Counted from the stretch's first letter, positions 13,288-26,455 are shown. The stretch: DNA of 64,000 nucleotides from Eledone cirrhosa (GCA_964016885.1 OZ024745.1:79794001-79858000); one strand, 5' to 3'. Numbers and translations: made by a program. The notes: generated from the letters alone by a model not told the origin.

Positions 13288-14017
13288 TAAATGAGATAAT
13301 TCAGCAACTCGCTATAAATGATATATACATATGGGGTCATGCATGTATATATTATCTCATTTATGTTTCACATGGAATTTTACAAATATTTTAGCAGGTT
13401 GGTATGTTTACGAAACGGGGTTCCTGGCTTGTAAACTGAAGTAACGCCCATACCTCACCTTTTCCCAGAGCAATCTCATTTACATCATACTTCTTATCCC
13501 TAAATATATATCTCGAGTAGCAGCTCACCGCTGTTGAAAAGCAGGGGCACTCTATAATCAAGAGTCTCATTAGGTTATGATGAATTAGCGGGGAGAGGTC
13601 CAATAGATTTAGCAGGAACATCTGATTGACATGAAATCTCTCACAAATACACTCCAGCCCCTAACCCACAGATGTTATCTTCTCTCTTCTTTTTAGTTTT
13701 CTACTGTTACTACTGTGGTCTATCTTCCTCGGGGCTGGCTGGTCTAGTATCTCCTCCACTCCTCCACTTAGGTGCTATTCTTTCACTCGTCATTCCGCCT
13801 CTCGTAAACAATATAGTATTCGTTCCACATCCCATAATCCCCATTAACCCCTACGTCTAGTCCTTTCTCCTCGGATCATCGGTTCTCTAGAAACCCTCTA
13901 CTACCCAAATTTTCAACCAGCCATCAACTTTTGAACAAGATCAGTGTATATTGTATTGTTCCCACTGTTGTATTTCAGTATTGAGGGCCTCTTAATATCA
14001 TGAGCCACGTCTTCCCC

Positions 14018-14109
<92 letters not shown>

Positions 14110-14112
<3 letters not shown>

Positions 14113-14586
14113 GGGTCGTCGGCGATTAAACCAGCAACTCCACCAAGCTTGCTTGGTGAGGAGGGGGAATTTGGACACCCTGCGGGATGAAAAACAAAAC
14201 CCGTCAAAGGACGGAGTCAATGGCCATCCAATAAAGTTTTTTCTTTTTGTGGAGCGAGAGACTCAGTCTTCATTAAGACATCTCTCTAGGAGAAGGTCAC
14301 TATGATATAAAACCTGCGACTTGGCTTCCATCCAATAATGTAGATCAGTCCTTCTTTTTGGACAAATTCATTTGATGTTCAGAGAATGTGATTGGCCTCG
14401 TGCAAAGCCTTTCATCGCTTAAAAAAGCTTCAAAATACAGACATCGCTTGATATGTGACATTCATTGCGATGCATGGCATTGCTGGCCATGGGTAAGTCC
14501 ATAGAAGGACAAAAAAGCCACGTCTGTGATACTCATGCTTAAGTATCAAGCAGTGGTATTACTCGAAATCGTGTTGCAGCCATCAT
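14110..14586 (+). mobile_element. Non-autonomous RTE-derived element, copy 1
   Basis: Homologous to 14609-15150 and 15748-16355. Ends in tactcgaaatcgtgttgcagccatcat. Confidence 0.6.
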
Positions 14587-14608
14587 ACATACATGCATGT
14601 ATGTATGT

Positions 14609-15150
14609 GGGCGCCGGGTCACTCTTGAGTGCTACTGGTAACATGTAACCCAGTAGAACCTGTCGCATGGTCGGATCGTCGGCGACTAAACCGGCAACCC
14701 CACCAAATTTACATGGTGAGGAGGGTGATTTTGGACACCCTGCAGGATTAAAAACAAAACCTGACAAAGGGCGGAAGAACTCATAAGAGTCAACGGCCAT
14801 CCAAAAGTGTGTAAATATGTATATACACATGTACCGCGCGGTTAAACCACTGAGAGTGAAGGACCCCTAGTCTTTGTCAGGGCATTCTTCTAGGAGAAGG
14901 CAACTCAGGAAACTGGGATAACTCCGATGTAAAACCTGCGGCTCAGTAGTTACCGATGATGTTGATATTTTCTTCTTTTCGGGTTATAGCTACTGTCGCT
15001 CAGAGAGTGGGATTGGTTCAGTGCACAGTCTTTCCCCACTTTAAAAAATATCTTCACGCACAGGCATTGCACGATAGAATTAATTAATAATTATTAATAA
15101 TGGTATATCGTGCAATGGCCTTACTCGATAGCGAGGGAGCAGCCATCATG
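14609..15150 (+). mobile_element. Non-autonomous RTE-derived element, copy 2
   Basis: RTE-like 5' region (ctaggagaagg...aaaacctgc) and 3' end tactcgatagcgagggagcagccatcat, flanked by (TATG)n. Confidence 0.6.
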
Positions 15151-15600
15151 TATGTATGTAATACATCGAATTTGGAACTGTATCGCAGCAACACAATCTG
15201 AAATATTAGTGGTGTCTCCATAAACTGAATGATGCGAGAGAAATTCTTTCCATCAGAATGGACTCATACGATAATAAAGGGAAATACCATGAATAATATT
15301 AGACTGTGTACATGTTATCTACAGTAATAGAAAGAAATCATGTATGTATGTATGTATGTATGTATGTATGTATGTATGTATGTATGTATGTATGTATGTA
15401 TGTATGTATGTATGTATGTATGTACATGTATGAATGTATGTATATACATGCCTGAATGTATGTACATACATGCATGCATGTATGTATGTATGTATGTATG
15501 TACATGTATGTATGTATGTATGTATGCAAAATGTAAGCAGAACTAACAAAGCGAACGACACAGTACAATGAAGAAATATATTTATATAGTAGGGAAAAAG

Positions 15601-15636
15601 TCTTAAACTTTTCGACACTAGTTCTTCATCAGAAGA
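15601..15636 (-). ncRNA. Minimal hammerhead ribozyme (weak stem II) in a PLE-terminus fragment
   Basis: tctt-CTGATGA-agaactagtgtc-GAAA-agttt-aaga. Related to 26677-26712. Confidence 0.55.
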
Positions 15637-15747
15637 TAAAATATATATATATATATATATATATGCGCGCGCGCGCGTATGTGTGTGTATGTATGCATAT
15701 ATATATATATGTATATATGTATGTATGCATATATATATATATATATT

Positions 15748-16352
15748 ATGTCAGGTCACCAGTTGGTGCTACTGGTAACATGTATCCCAGTACAACCTGT
15801 CTCATGGTCGGGTCGTTGGCGACTAAACTGACAACCCCACCAAGGTTTCTTGGTGAGGAGGGTGACTTTGGACATCCTGCAGGACTAAAAACAAAACCTG
15901 TCAAAGGGCAAAGGAACTCTTAAGAGTCAATGGCCATCCAAAATCACCGGGAGAGATGACCCCTTAGCCTTTGTCAAGGCAGAATTCTAGGAGAAGGAAA
16001 ACTCTGATATAACACCTGCAACCCTGATGGTATCCAATGATGTTGACTTGTTCTTTTTGGTAAATATCATCTTGGTTAAGAGAGTGGGACTGGCTTTGTG
16101 CAGTGCCTTTGCTCACTATAAAAGCTTCACGGCACAGGCATTGCTTTATATCTGGAGATCTCTCTGCACTTGTCATCACATGGTACCATGGGCCCAGCAC
16201 TATGTGTCAATAATTGTCACAAGTGTAGTGTCTGTACCAGAGTTTTCAAGTCGCTGGCTGGACTAAAAAGTCACACTCGTTCAGTGCATCGGAAGGGGTT
16301 CTCCTACATGGATATAAAGCAGTGGCCGTACTCGAAAACGAGTTGGCAGCCA

Positions 16353-16355
<3 letters not shown>
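15748..16355 (+). mobile_element. Non-autonomous RTE-derived element, copy 3, retaining the C-terminal C2H2 finger
   Basis: Encodes HKCSVCTRVFKSLAGLKSHTRSVH just before the 3' end tactcgaaaacgagttggcagccaccat. Confidence 0.65.
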
Positions 16356-16392
<37 letters not shown>

Positions 16393-16637
16393 AAAAGTAC
16401 TAAAATGTGTTTGCATTTGTTTGTATCATTTCGCCTCTTGTTGTGAAAGTCCTCTACATGGTCGTTCGACCTGCTAAAAACAACAGCCAATCTTCCAAAA
16501 GAAAACTAAATTAAAAAAAAGGGGGAAGGAGACATTGTATAAGGTAATATAAGATACTTTGAAACAGACGGAATGGTTATGTTTGGAATGCTTTTGATCA
16601 TAAGTTTATTGAATCAAGTTCCACCTGGAGATAAACT

Positions 16638-16644
16638 AGAAGAA

Positions 16645-16730
<86 letters not shown>

Positions 16731-16747
16731 GGAAGAAGAAGAAGAAG

Positions 16748-16806
<59 letters not shown>

Positions 16807-16853
16807 CGAGATGACCACGACGACGACAACAACAACAATAACAACAGCAATAA
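16638..16853. repeat. (GAA)n(CAA)n compound microsatellite
   Basis: Direct reading. Confidence 0.95.
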
Positions 16854-16854
16854 T

Positions 16855-17085
16855 TCCCGGTAACAAGTCGCTCTCCGATAGGTTTGCGGTCGAACCCGTG
16901 GCAGTGGAGACTTCTGGTGCCCTTGGCCGTAAGACCACCTCCCTGCCCACCACCATCGGCACAGAGTTGGCTACCCACAGGTGTGAGCCTCGCCAGCTGC
17001 AATGGCTCCTCCAGCACGTCTCTTTCACCATCCTTCAGGGGAAACACCTTCTCTATTCTGTCCGTGGGTCCCCATTTGCTCATAA
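16855..17085 (+). mobile_element. 3' fragment of a CRE-clade non-LTR element (restriction-like endonuclease C-terminus)
   Basis: RFAVEPVAVETSGALG...IG...EPRQLQWLLQHVSFTILQG matches the PxAxETxGxxG...LxQxxSxxxQRGN pattern. Confidence 0.65.
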
Positions 17086-17869
17086 AAGTGAGAGATAGGG
17101 AGAACGGGAAAGACGGAGGCAGTGACAGTGGGAGTTTGGTTCCTTTGTGTTCGGACCTGGTGTATATGTTTCACGGATACGCACTCACGCATCTAGACAA
17201 TCTTGTTCAAAATTAAAAACGACAATATGTTAAAGTAAACATCAACAGTTCAAAATGAACATTTGTCGCATTCACCCATCCCCCCTAAGTTATTCTTTCT
17301 GTTCGGTATAAGTAAACATTAAAATGATTTAACCACTACACATAAAAATACCACTAGATGGTTCATTTTAATAATCAAATTATGGAAAATAAACTTCATA
17401 GAAAAATGGTATGCTATTGTCTCAATGGAATATTCTTGTAACTATCGGCATTTGATTTACTTTTTGGCTTTTGTTGTTACTGCTAAAGAGAATGATAATA
17501 GTTGTTACTAGTGATTTTTCCTTTGCTGGCGATGTTTCCTAATTGGTCTGTGATGATGATGAGTAACTAATTCGTTTTTGATGACGATGGCTGCTCTGCA
17601 AGTTATGGCGTTCTGATAAAGTTTCTCTATTACAACATATAATAAGTGAATTGCGCATAATTTTATGAATCAAACACATGGGATTAAATTTTAAAAGCTT
17701 CCACTTTATTTTTCATTGTCAATTCATTGAAAGTTTTATTCTCCAGGAAGTTATCAGATGACATTGTCATTTATCAGCAGCTACTCCATTATTAGAATTT
17801 TATTATAAACTTTACGGGAATATAGGTTTGTTCCTTAGATGTGAAGTTGTCGATTAATTCAGAGCTTTT

Positions 17870-18460
17870 AGAGTGATGAACTGACAGAATTGGTAGAGCG
17901 CCGGGAGTTCAACTTTGCCATTAATCCTTCCTGGGTTGACAAAATAAAATACCAGTTAACTACTGGGGTCGATATTATTGACTTTCCCTCTTTTCCCCAA
18001 ATTGCTGGCCTTGTGTCAACGTTAGAAAGAATTATTTCAGAGCTCTTAGTGTGATGGACTGGTTAAATTGGTAGAGCATCGGATAAAAAGTATAATGCGA
18101 TATATATTCTAAGTTCAAGTCCTGCTGAGGTCAACTTTGTCTTTCATCTTTCCGGGGTCGATGAGATAAAGTATCAGTCAAGTACTGGAGTTGGTATAGT
18201 TGACTTCCGCCTCCCCAAAGATAGATGGCCTTATGTCTAAATTAGAAATCATTATTTTAGTCGCTCTTGACGGTGGATTGGCAGTATCGGTAGAGGGTCA
18301 GACGACATGCTTTGACGCATAGAGTTACGGCTCTTGCCATTCTGAGTTCAAATTCCGCCGAGGTTAACTTTGCCTTTCATCCTTACGGGGTCGATAAAAT
18401 AAAGTACCAGTAATGCACTGGTTAATTGTGGCCTTGTGCCAAAAGTAGAAACAATTATTT
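17870..18460 (+). mobile_element. Three tRNA-derived SINEs in tandem
   Basis: Units at about 17870-18035, 18050-18255 and 18269-18455. The third has TSD attattttagtcgctctt. Confidence 0.85.
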
Positions 18461-18649
18461 TAGTCGCTCTTACAAAATTGTAATAATCGAATATAGATAG
18501 ATTGTTAACTTATGCATAACTATTGCTTACATAAGAATGAAGCTTAATATTTTAGATGGGGTGGGGGTGAGAAACTGTGCCGTACATAGTTTTCCTAAGA
18601 TTATAAGATATAAGTGGAAAGAAGCATTTGAAATTTTGCAACGACAACC

Positions 18650-19895
18650 TGACTAACCAGCCAGCCAGCCAACCAGCCAGCCATGTAACCAATCAACCAG
18701 ACAACGAACCAACCAACCAGCCAATCAAACCCAGCCAGCCAGCCAACCAACCATCCAACCAACCAACCAGCCAACCAGCCAGCTATGTAACCAATCAACC
18801 AGCCAACGAACCAACCTACCAGCCAGCCAACCAACCATCCAACCAACCAACCAGCCAACCAGCCAGCTATGCAACGAATCAACCAGCCAACCAACCAACC
18901 AGCCAGCCAACCATCCAACCAACCAACCATCCAATGAACCAACCAACCAGCCAGCCATGTAACCAATCAACCAGCCAACGAACCAACCAGCCAGCCAATC
19001 AACCAACCGGCCAGCCAAGCAATCAGCCAACCAGCCAACAAACCAACCAACCAGCCAGCCATGTAACCAATCAACTAGCCAACGAACCAACCAACCAGCC
19101 AATCAACCATCCAGCCAACCAACCAGCCAACCAGCCAACGAACCAACCAGCCAGCCATGCAACGAATCAACCAGCCAGCCATGCAACGAATCAACCAGCC
19201 AACCAGCCAACCTGCCAGCCAACCAACCAACCAGCCAGCCAACCAACCAGCCAACCAACGAACCAGCCAACCAGCCAACGAACGAACCAACCAGCCAACC
19301 AACCAATCAGCCAACCAGCCAACGAACCAACCAGCCAACGAACCAACCAGCCAGCCAACCAACCATCCAACCAGCCAACCAGCCAACCAGCCAGCCAACC
19401 AACCAACCAACCAGCCAACCAACCAGCCAACCAACCAGCCAACCAACCAACCAGCCAACCAGCCAACGAACCAACCAACCAGCCAGCCATGCAACCAATC
19501 AACCAGCCAATCAACCAACCAGCCAGCCAACGAACCAACCAGCCAGCCATGCAACCAATCAACCAGCCAATCAGCCAACCAGCCAACCAACCAACCAGCC
19601 AACAAACCAACCAGCCAACCAACCAACCAGCCAACCAACCAGCCAACCAACCAACCAGTCAACCAACCAGCCAACCAACCAACCAGCCAGCCAGTCAGCC
19701 AGCCAACCAACTAATCAACCGGCCAACGAACCAACGAACCAGCCAATCAGCCAACCAACCAGCCAGCCAGCCAGCCAACCAACTAATCAACCAGCTTTTT
19801 TACCAGCCAACCAATCAATCAACCACTCAATCAAGCAACCGACAAACCAGCCAAACAACCAATATATCAACCAACCAATCTAAAAACCAAGCAGA
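18650..19895. repeat. Complex (CCAA)/(CCAG) tetranucleotide satellite
   Basis: About 1.25 kb of interspersed accaaccagcc units. Confidence 0.95.
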
Positions 19896-19941
19896 TAAAC
19901 CATACTGAAATACATATATATATATATATACATATATATAC

Positions 19942-19978
<37 letters not shown>

Positions 19979-20461
19979 CATATATATTGGTAAACGGAAT
20001 AGAAAATGCTGACAAATTGTTCACAGTTGAAAAATGGTTTAATTAGGAATAAAAGAGTATTAGTAATTGTATGGGTTAGTATTCAGTTGTGGTTTTAAGT
20101 TTTTAAGTTTTTACCGGTTGCGCATTTCTAAATGCTTTTCAAAAATAATTTTGAGATAGAGTGTCCGTGCTGTTTGCTCTGATCTGATTAGTTTTGGGAA
20201 TTCTACCTGTTTTTATGTTTAAAAAGTGGCTCCAGCGTTACTTTGGTGCTGCAAAATTTCTTGTGGTCAAAACAATTTTGATTGGTCGGTAGAGGTCATG
20301 TGAGTGTAAAAAATTGATTTTGACCCAAGACTGTTTTTATGTTAAAACAGTGGCTCCAGCAACAATTCTTGTGGTCAAAACAATTTTGATTGGCCGGTAG
20401 AGGTCATGTGAATAAAAAATTGGTTTTGCGCCAAGATTGAGAAATGACTCTTTCACAACAA

Positions 20462-20529
<68 letters not shown>

Positions 20530-21142
20530 TAGTAGTAGTAGTAAGGTGTTCGATGTTGCGATAATGGTTAGCAGCGATGTGTGTCAAATGGCTATTGAGA
20601 TAAGTGTGTGTGTGTGTATAGCAGAGTAATTCGTGGTGGCAGGGATGGTCAGTAAGAATGTGTCTGAAAGCAATGGGGGTATTTTAGCATGTCAAAAGAT
20701 ATTTTTCAGCTTTTGTCTTATACGGAGAAGTGCGTGTGTGTGTGTGTGTGTGTGTATATAAGTCTCTTTGTATGTTGACGTACGCGTGTGTATGTGTATG
20801 TGTATGTGTGTGTGTGTGTGGGTGGACCAGTATTTTTTTCCCCCTGGTAAAATGGTGTACATTATTCGATTTTTTCACTTAATAGAACATCAAAAATCTT
20901 AACAATAAAAGGTGTGAAATGATATTCACTATACATATATACACACATACATATATTCACTATATACATATATATATATATATATACATATATACATATA
21001 TATACACATATATATGCACATATATTTTTTTGTGTTGCACCATAGAGCATGTGTGTTTACGTATGTCATTGTGTTTATATGTGGGTAGAGATGTGTGCTG
21101 ATGTAGGTATGTATGTTGACGTGTGTATGTTGTGGGTTCGTC

Positions 21143-21600
21143 TTAGGGAGAAGTGTTTAGACGGGGTCCGTATTTGTTAATGAAGTAAGATTCCTTGCTG
21201 ATGCGCTGGGTGTGGGTGGCATTATCTTTAAATTTGTAAAGGGGAAAGATTCTGAAGTTGGGATGATTTTGGGCGGCACAGGTATCAATGTGTTCACTCA
21301 GTGGTATTTTCCTGTATTCCCGTATTTTAATTTGGGATCTATGGACAGTCATGCGTTGGCGGAGGCTGTTTTTGGTCTGGCCTATGTATTGTTCTCGACA
21401 ACCTGAACAAGTTAATTCATATATTAGATTTTCCGATGCACATGTGAAATTGTGTTTTACTATAAAACGTTGTCCATCTTTGAAATAGAATTCCGAACCC
21501 TCTATTAGGTTGATGCAAATGCCACAGTTGGGTCTATCGCATTTTTTTTACTGTGGGTTTCGTTGTTGTGGTTGGCAGTATTTTGGCATGTGTTAAGATG
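21143..21600 (-). pseudogene. PLE GIY-YIG endonuclease domain
   Basis: IYELTC...YIGQTKNSLRQRMTVHRSQI...ESYFINKYGPRLN. Confidence 0.8.
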
Positions 21601-21623
21601 TTTTTCATTGACTTGGATTGTCT

Positions 21624-23291
21624 TTAGCTCTTTATGATATCGTGTGTTCGTAGAATTTGGTTCATTCTATGGTCCTTTTTCAATACAGGGATGTTCTGGA
21701 GGATGGTGTCAAAGGCCTCATTGTTGAGGGGGTTGTGTGTGGAGATGTATGGAAGAGCTTTTAGTTTTGGTTGATTTACTTTAGGGTGTCTAAGGTCCTG
21801 GGTACTGAGTTTTAGGGCACGTTGGATTCCATTGTCAATTAGTGATGCAGGGTAGTTCCTGCCTATGAGTGTGTCCTTTAGTTCTTGTAGCCGTAAGTAG
21901 CAGATGTTTTTATTGGAGACTATAGTACAGATTCTCTTGGCTAAGTTGTAGGGAATATTAATTTTAACGTGTCTAGGGTGGCAAGAGTTGAAGGGGAGAT
22001 ATTGCTTGGAGTCTGTGGGCTTGTAGTATATGTCTGTTTCTATTTTTTTGTTATGGATCTTAATGAGGATGTCGAGGAAGGGGAGTTGTTGATGGCTGTA
22101 TTCCATCGGGAAGTTAATATTTGTGTTGAGCCCATTTATAAGGGTGTGAAATTCTTTAAGTTTTTCGATGTTTTCGTGCCAAAGGATGAAGCAGTCATCT
22201 AGATATCGCTTCCAGTTCCTTTCAATGTGTAAGTGGAGGGTGTTTCCAAATTTGTTTAGGACTTTAGTGTAGAGGGTGATTTCCAGGTATCCCATGACTA
22301 GGTTGGCATAAGTGGGGGCTGTTTTCGTTCCCATAGCGGTCCCAGATTTCTGCCTGTAGGGTTTGTTATTGAAAACGAAGTAATTGTTCTCCAAGATAAA
22401 TTTGAGTCCCTCTATCACGAATTCTTTTTTGATGCGTTGTGGGAGTTCATTGTGGAAATTATCCAGCCAGAATTGGATAGCTTCTATTCCTAGGTTGTGG
22501 GGGATGTTGGAGTATAGGTTGACTACATCGAACGTCACTAGTAGGGTTTGTTCAGAAAGTGGCATATTAGGGAGGTGATTGAGCATATCTAGGTCGTCCC
22601 TTATATAGCTTTTGATGTGCTTGAGGAAGGGTTTGAGAAGGGTATCAATGAAGTTGCTAAGACGGTGCGTTTCGCAAGCGGGGCCTGCTATTATAGGTCT
22701 TAATTTGAGATCATTGGGTGAGGGGACATTGATGACTATGTCTGTGGCTTCCTTGCATGCCTTACTTATTGATTCGCTTTTATGTACTTTAGGGATACCG
22801 TAGAAAAGGCTGGATTTACTTGTGAAGTCTGTGATGAGGCTGAATTCCTTGTTAGTGAGTCCTTCTTTGTATTGGTTGATTAGAGTTTTTAGGTTTCTCA
22901 TAATTTTCTGTTGATTGTAGTGTTCAGCCTTTTCGTAGTATGTTTCGTTTTCCAAAGTGGAGAGCGCTAAGTTGATATAGAATTCTGTCTCCATTAGGAC
23001 TACTGTACTCCCTTTATCAGCCTCTTTAATTGTAATGGTTCTGTCGGTTTTTAATCTATTTAATTCTTCCCATTCTTTCTTGTTGAGGTTTGGCTTGTGT
23101 TTTTGTCTGTGCAAGTGTTGGTAAGGGAAGTTTGTGATGTGTTCACAGAATTCGTCCAGGATTTTATTTCTACCTTTTGAAGGGGTGTAATTGCTTCTAT
23201 TTCTGGCTAATGATTCATCCTCATTGTACTGGTCGAATAGTTGTTCACTAAGTCGTAACTTTCTACAGAAGTCTGTGATGTCTTCCTTCAT
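21624..23291 (-). pseudogene. PLE reverse transcriptase
   Basis: 555-aa ORF with a complete PLE RT core and thumb (YYKPTDSKQYL..SCHP). Confidence 0.9.
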
Positions 23292-23871
23292 TTCATAGTA
23301 GTTAGGACGTAGTGGGGTCGGTGTGAATTTAAGACCTTTGGAGAGTAAGTTGATAAGGTTGGGTGTTGGTTCTGCACTAGTAAGATTGATAATTTTTATT
23401 ACTATCGGTTTCTCCTCCCTGTCTTGTGTTATTTTGTTTGCCTGTATCTGTGTGCTGTGTCTAAAAAATGGTTGGGGTAGAGGGGTTGTCTGCTGATGTT
23501 AAGTGGTCTCCTGTGTTTGTTATATTCCTTGTTGTTGTAAAATGTGGTTTGGGTTGGTGGTTGTAGATTGAATGGGGTGTTCCTGTACTGCGAGTATGGG
23601 TGTGTGTTTCTATGTGCCATGTTGTATTGTGGTGTTATAAGTGGCCTACGTTGTTGGTTGTATCGTGTGGTGTGGGTTTGTTGTGTATTGTGGAAGCGAG
23701 AGTTGAGAAAATGGTAATTACCTTGCTGTCCCCTTGAAGCGGGGAAGTTGTTACATCTATCATGGCGGTGGTATCTTTTCCCTATGTTTGACGATGAGGC
23801 ATCCGCGTAGTAGTTGAGTGATTTGGTATGGTGTCTCCTTGAAGGGGGAAAGTTGTAAATATATATATATA

Positions 23872-24255
23872 TAAGTATTAATAAAATAGATGTTCTTTTG
23901 ATCAATTACATTTTATTATACATATTTCAGGTGTACAACAGTACGTCCTCATCAGACAAAATATAATGATACATGACATACTCTGAGATGTTAAATGGTT
24001 AAGATTTACCTTGATTAAATCTTAACCATTTAACATCTCAGGGTATGTAATGTATCATTATATTTTGTCTGATGAGGACGTACTGTTGTACACCTGAAAT
24101 ATGTATAATAAAATGTAATTGATCAAAAGAACATCTATTTTATTAATACTTATATTAATAACTCCTGAAAATTATTTTCACTTGAGTGCTTCCAATCTAC
24201 TGTAAAACTCATTCTTTGACATAATCATCGAATATTGTTTAACAACTTAATACTT
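23872..24255. mobile_element. Fold-back PLE-terminus element with two inverted HHRs
   Basis: Inverted repeat 23872-24155 centred near 24010, plus a tail to 24255. HHRs at 23911-23961 (-) and 24063-24113 (+). Confidence 0.8.
24063..24113 (+). ncRNA. Minimal hammerhead ribozyme
   Basis: ttttgt-CTGATGA-ggacgtac...gtacacct-GAAA-tatgt-ATA-ataaaa. Confidence 0.75.
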
Positions 24256-24736
24256 ATATATATATATATATATATATATGGAGGAGGTTATAGTTCACTT
24301 GAAGCATTGTGTAATGAGGTATAAACGTTTTATTATGTATAATAAAGCCAAAACAATGCAGGTATGGACATAGAATAAAGAATGCAAATGCAAAAGATAT
24401 TGTTGACAATTAGTCTTTTACCTTAGATTTATTTAAATGTCTTAAATTTTCGAGATAATATCTCTTCTTCAGAGGGAAGTAAAGTTGTCAAACCAGTGTT
24501 CTAAATAGCTTGACAAGTCATGCTGACAGGAAATGGTATAGAGTATCTGTTCTATCTCTAATGTCAAAGAGTTAAGATTAGGTGGATAAAGAGTAGTCTC
24601 CCTTTAGGAGGGGTTTGTTTTGTTGTTTTTTTTTGTTTTTTATACATGCCTGTTTAAGTGTGTGGGAGAATGCATGAAGGTGTAAGCTCCCACACTTCAG
24701 TGAAGAAACAACAACAGCCATCCAGCTGTCGATTTA

Positions 24737-25885
24737 TTGACGGACTGCGTGGTCGCAGAGGACATCCACTGCTACAGCCTCCACCCGACTGACATGCACC
24801 AGCTTTTGTCCTTCACAGTAGACAACACGTACTTCACCTTCCACCACCACACATACAGACAGACAACAGGATTACCCATGGGATCCAGCCTATCGGGCCT
24901 GCTGGCCATCACCTACATGAACCAGCTAGAATCCCGAGCCCTCAACACCTGCCATTCCCATACCTTCTTCACCCGATATGTAGATGACATACTCATCCTT
25001 ACATCATCCCGTGAGGAGGGAGATAAAATATACACAACATTCTCCAGCATGGACGCCAGTATAAAGTTCAGCATGGAACACCCCAATGACCGCGGATCCC
25101 TATCCCTACTGGACTTCCAACTCAGGGTAACAGAGGAAGGCAACATCCACACCTGCTTCTATAAAAAATCCGCCAGCAGGGACCTGTTCGTACATTTCAG
25201 ATCGGCCCTCCCACTCAGTGCCAAGTTCGGATACATAAAGAACGAACTGGCACGTATCCGGAACAAATGCACCGACGATAGAGACCGAGACACACACACC
25301 ACACATTTCCTGGAAGTACTCAAACTGAACGGATACACGACATCCACCACAAACCGTGCCAGAAAGAACAGAGGACACCACACCCGAGGAACTAACACTT
25401 GCTTCCTGAAACTCCCACACTTCAGTGAAGAAACAACAACAGCCATCCGCATAGCTATCAGACGAGAGGGACTAGATATCCAACTGGCCCACTCAGGTCC
25501 TTCTCTACGCGGTCAGCTAACCAAAAGACACTCCACCAGACATGACAACTACTGCAGACTAGCCAACTGCCCCATCAACGACACAGACCTATGCCACCAG
25601 GCTTACGTCGTATACAGACTAGAGTGTGACAAATGCAACAACTTCTACGTAGGTAGCACCACCAGACCACTCCACATAAGAATAAAAGAACACCTCAATA
25701 CTAACGCTTCCTCATTTAAGAAACACCTAGTTAAATGCAAAAACACCGACAAAACCATAACAGTTAGGATAGAAACTAAGGAAAGAAACCTCGGCAATCT
25801 TAGAATTAAGGAAGCACTAATTATAGACAAAACACAACCACCAATTAATAATAGACTAGAACTCAACACCCAATTTATAACTTGA
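24737..25885 (+). pseudogene. PLE RT C-terminal half plus GIY-YIG endonuclease (open frame, 5'-truncated)
   Basis: QTTGLPMGSSLS, RYVDD, LSLLD, then VVYRLECDKCNNFYVGSTTRPLHIRIKEH...IKEALII...PPINNR. Confidence 0.9.
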
Positions 25886-25934
25886 TAGAGCTCCTAGCCC
25901 CATATTTACACACACTCCCCACACACACATGCAC

Positions 25935-25971
<37 letters not shown>

Positions 25972-26305
25972 TACACCTCCACTTATTCTCTCTCACACAT
26001 ACACACACAAAACCAGTTCTAACACGATATAACATCTATCCCCCACATTTACGTATAGACATATCTTCTCACACTCACACACACACACTCACATACTTAC
26101 ACCTTCATGCATTCTCCCACACACTTAAACAGGCATGTATAAAAAGGCAAAAAAAACAACAAAACAAACCCCTCCTAAAGGGAGACTACTCTTTATCCAC
26201 CTAATCTTAACTCTTTGACATTAGAGATAGAACAGATACTCTATACCATTTCCTGTCAGCATGACTTGGCAAGCTATTTAGAACACTGGTCTGACAACTT
26301 TACTT

Positions 26306-26343
26306 CCCTCTGAAGAAGAGATATTATCTCGAAAATTTAGGAC
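26306..26343 (+). ncRNA. Minimal hammerhead ribozyme in the pseudo-LTR
   Basis: cct-CTGAAGA-a-gagata-t-tatctc-GAAA-attt-agg. Confidence 0.65.
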
Positions 26344-26455
26344 ATTTAAATAAATCTAAGGTAAAAGACTAATTGTCAACAATATCTTTTGCATTTGCAT
26401 TCTTTATTCTATGTCCATACCTGCATTGTTTTGGCTTTATTATACATATACAAAC

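Larger units (their letters stand above)
19990..23855 (-). mobile_element. Penelope-like element, probably Neptune clade (RT plus GIY-YIG), frameshifted
   Basis: N-terminal LLSKGLKFTPTP, ADKG, KVHK, RPII, FDVVNLY, GTAMG, RYLDD, a Cys linker CDRPNCGIC, and GIY-YIG NLIYELTCSGCREQYIGQT. Degenerate HHR at 20108-20146. (TA)n on both sides. Confidence 0.88.

Noticed and set aside
14660-14740. Twister ribozyme in the RTE-derived 5' region
   Set aside because: GAGGAGGG is present, but the P4 loop and pseudoknot partners could not be found.
18601-19908. 426-aa QPANQP ORF and antisense WLVG ORFs
   Set aside because: They are translations of a stop-poor CCAA/CCAG satellite, open in several frames, with no unique coding sequence.
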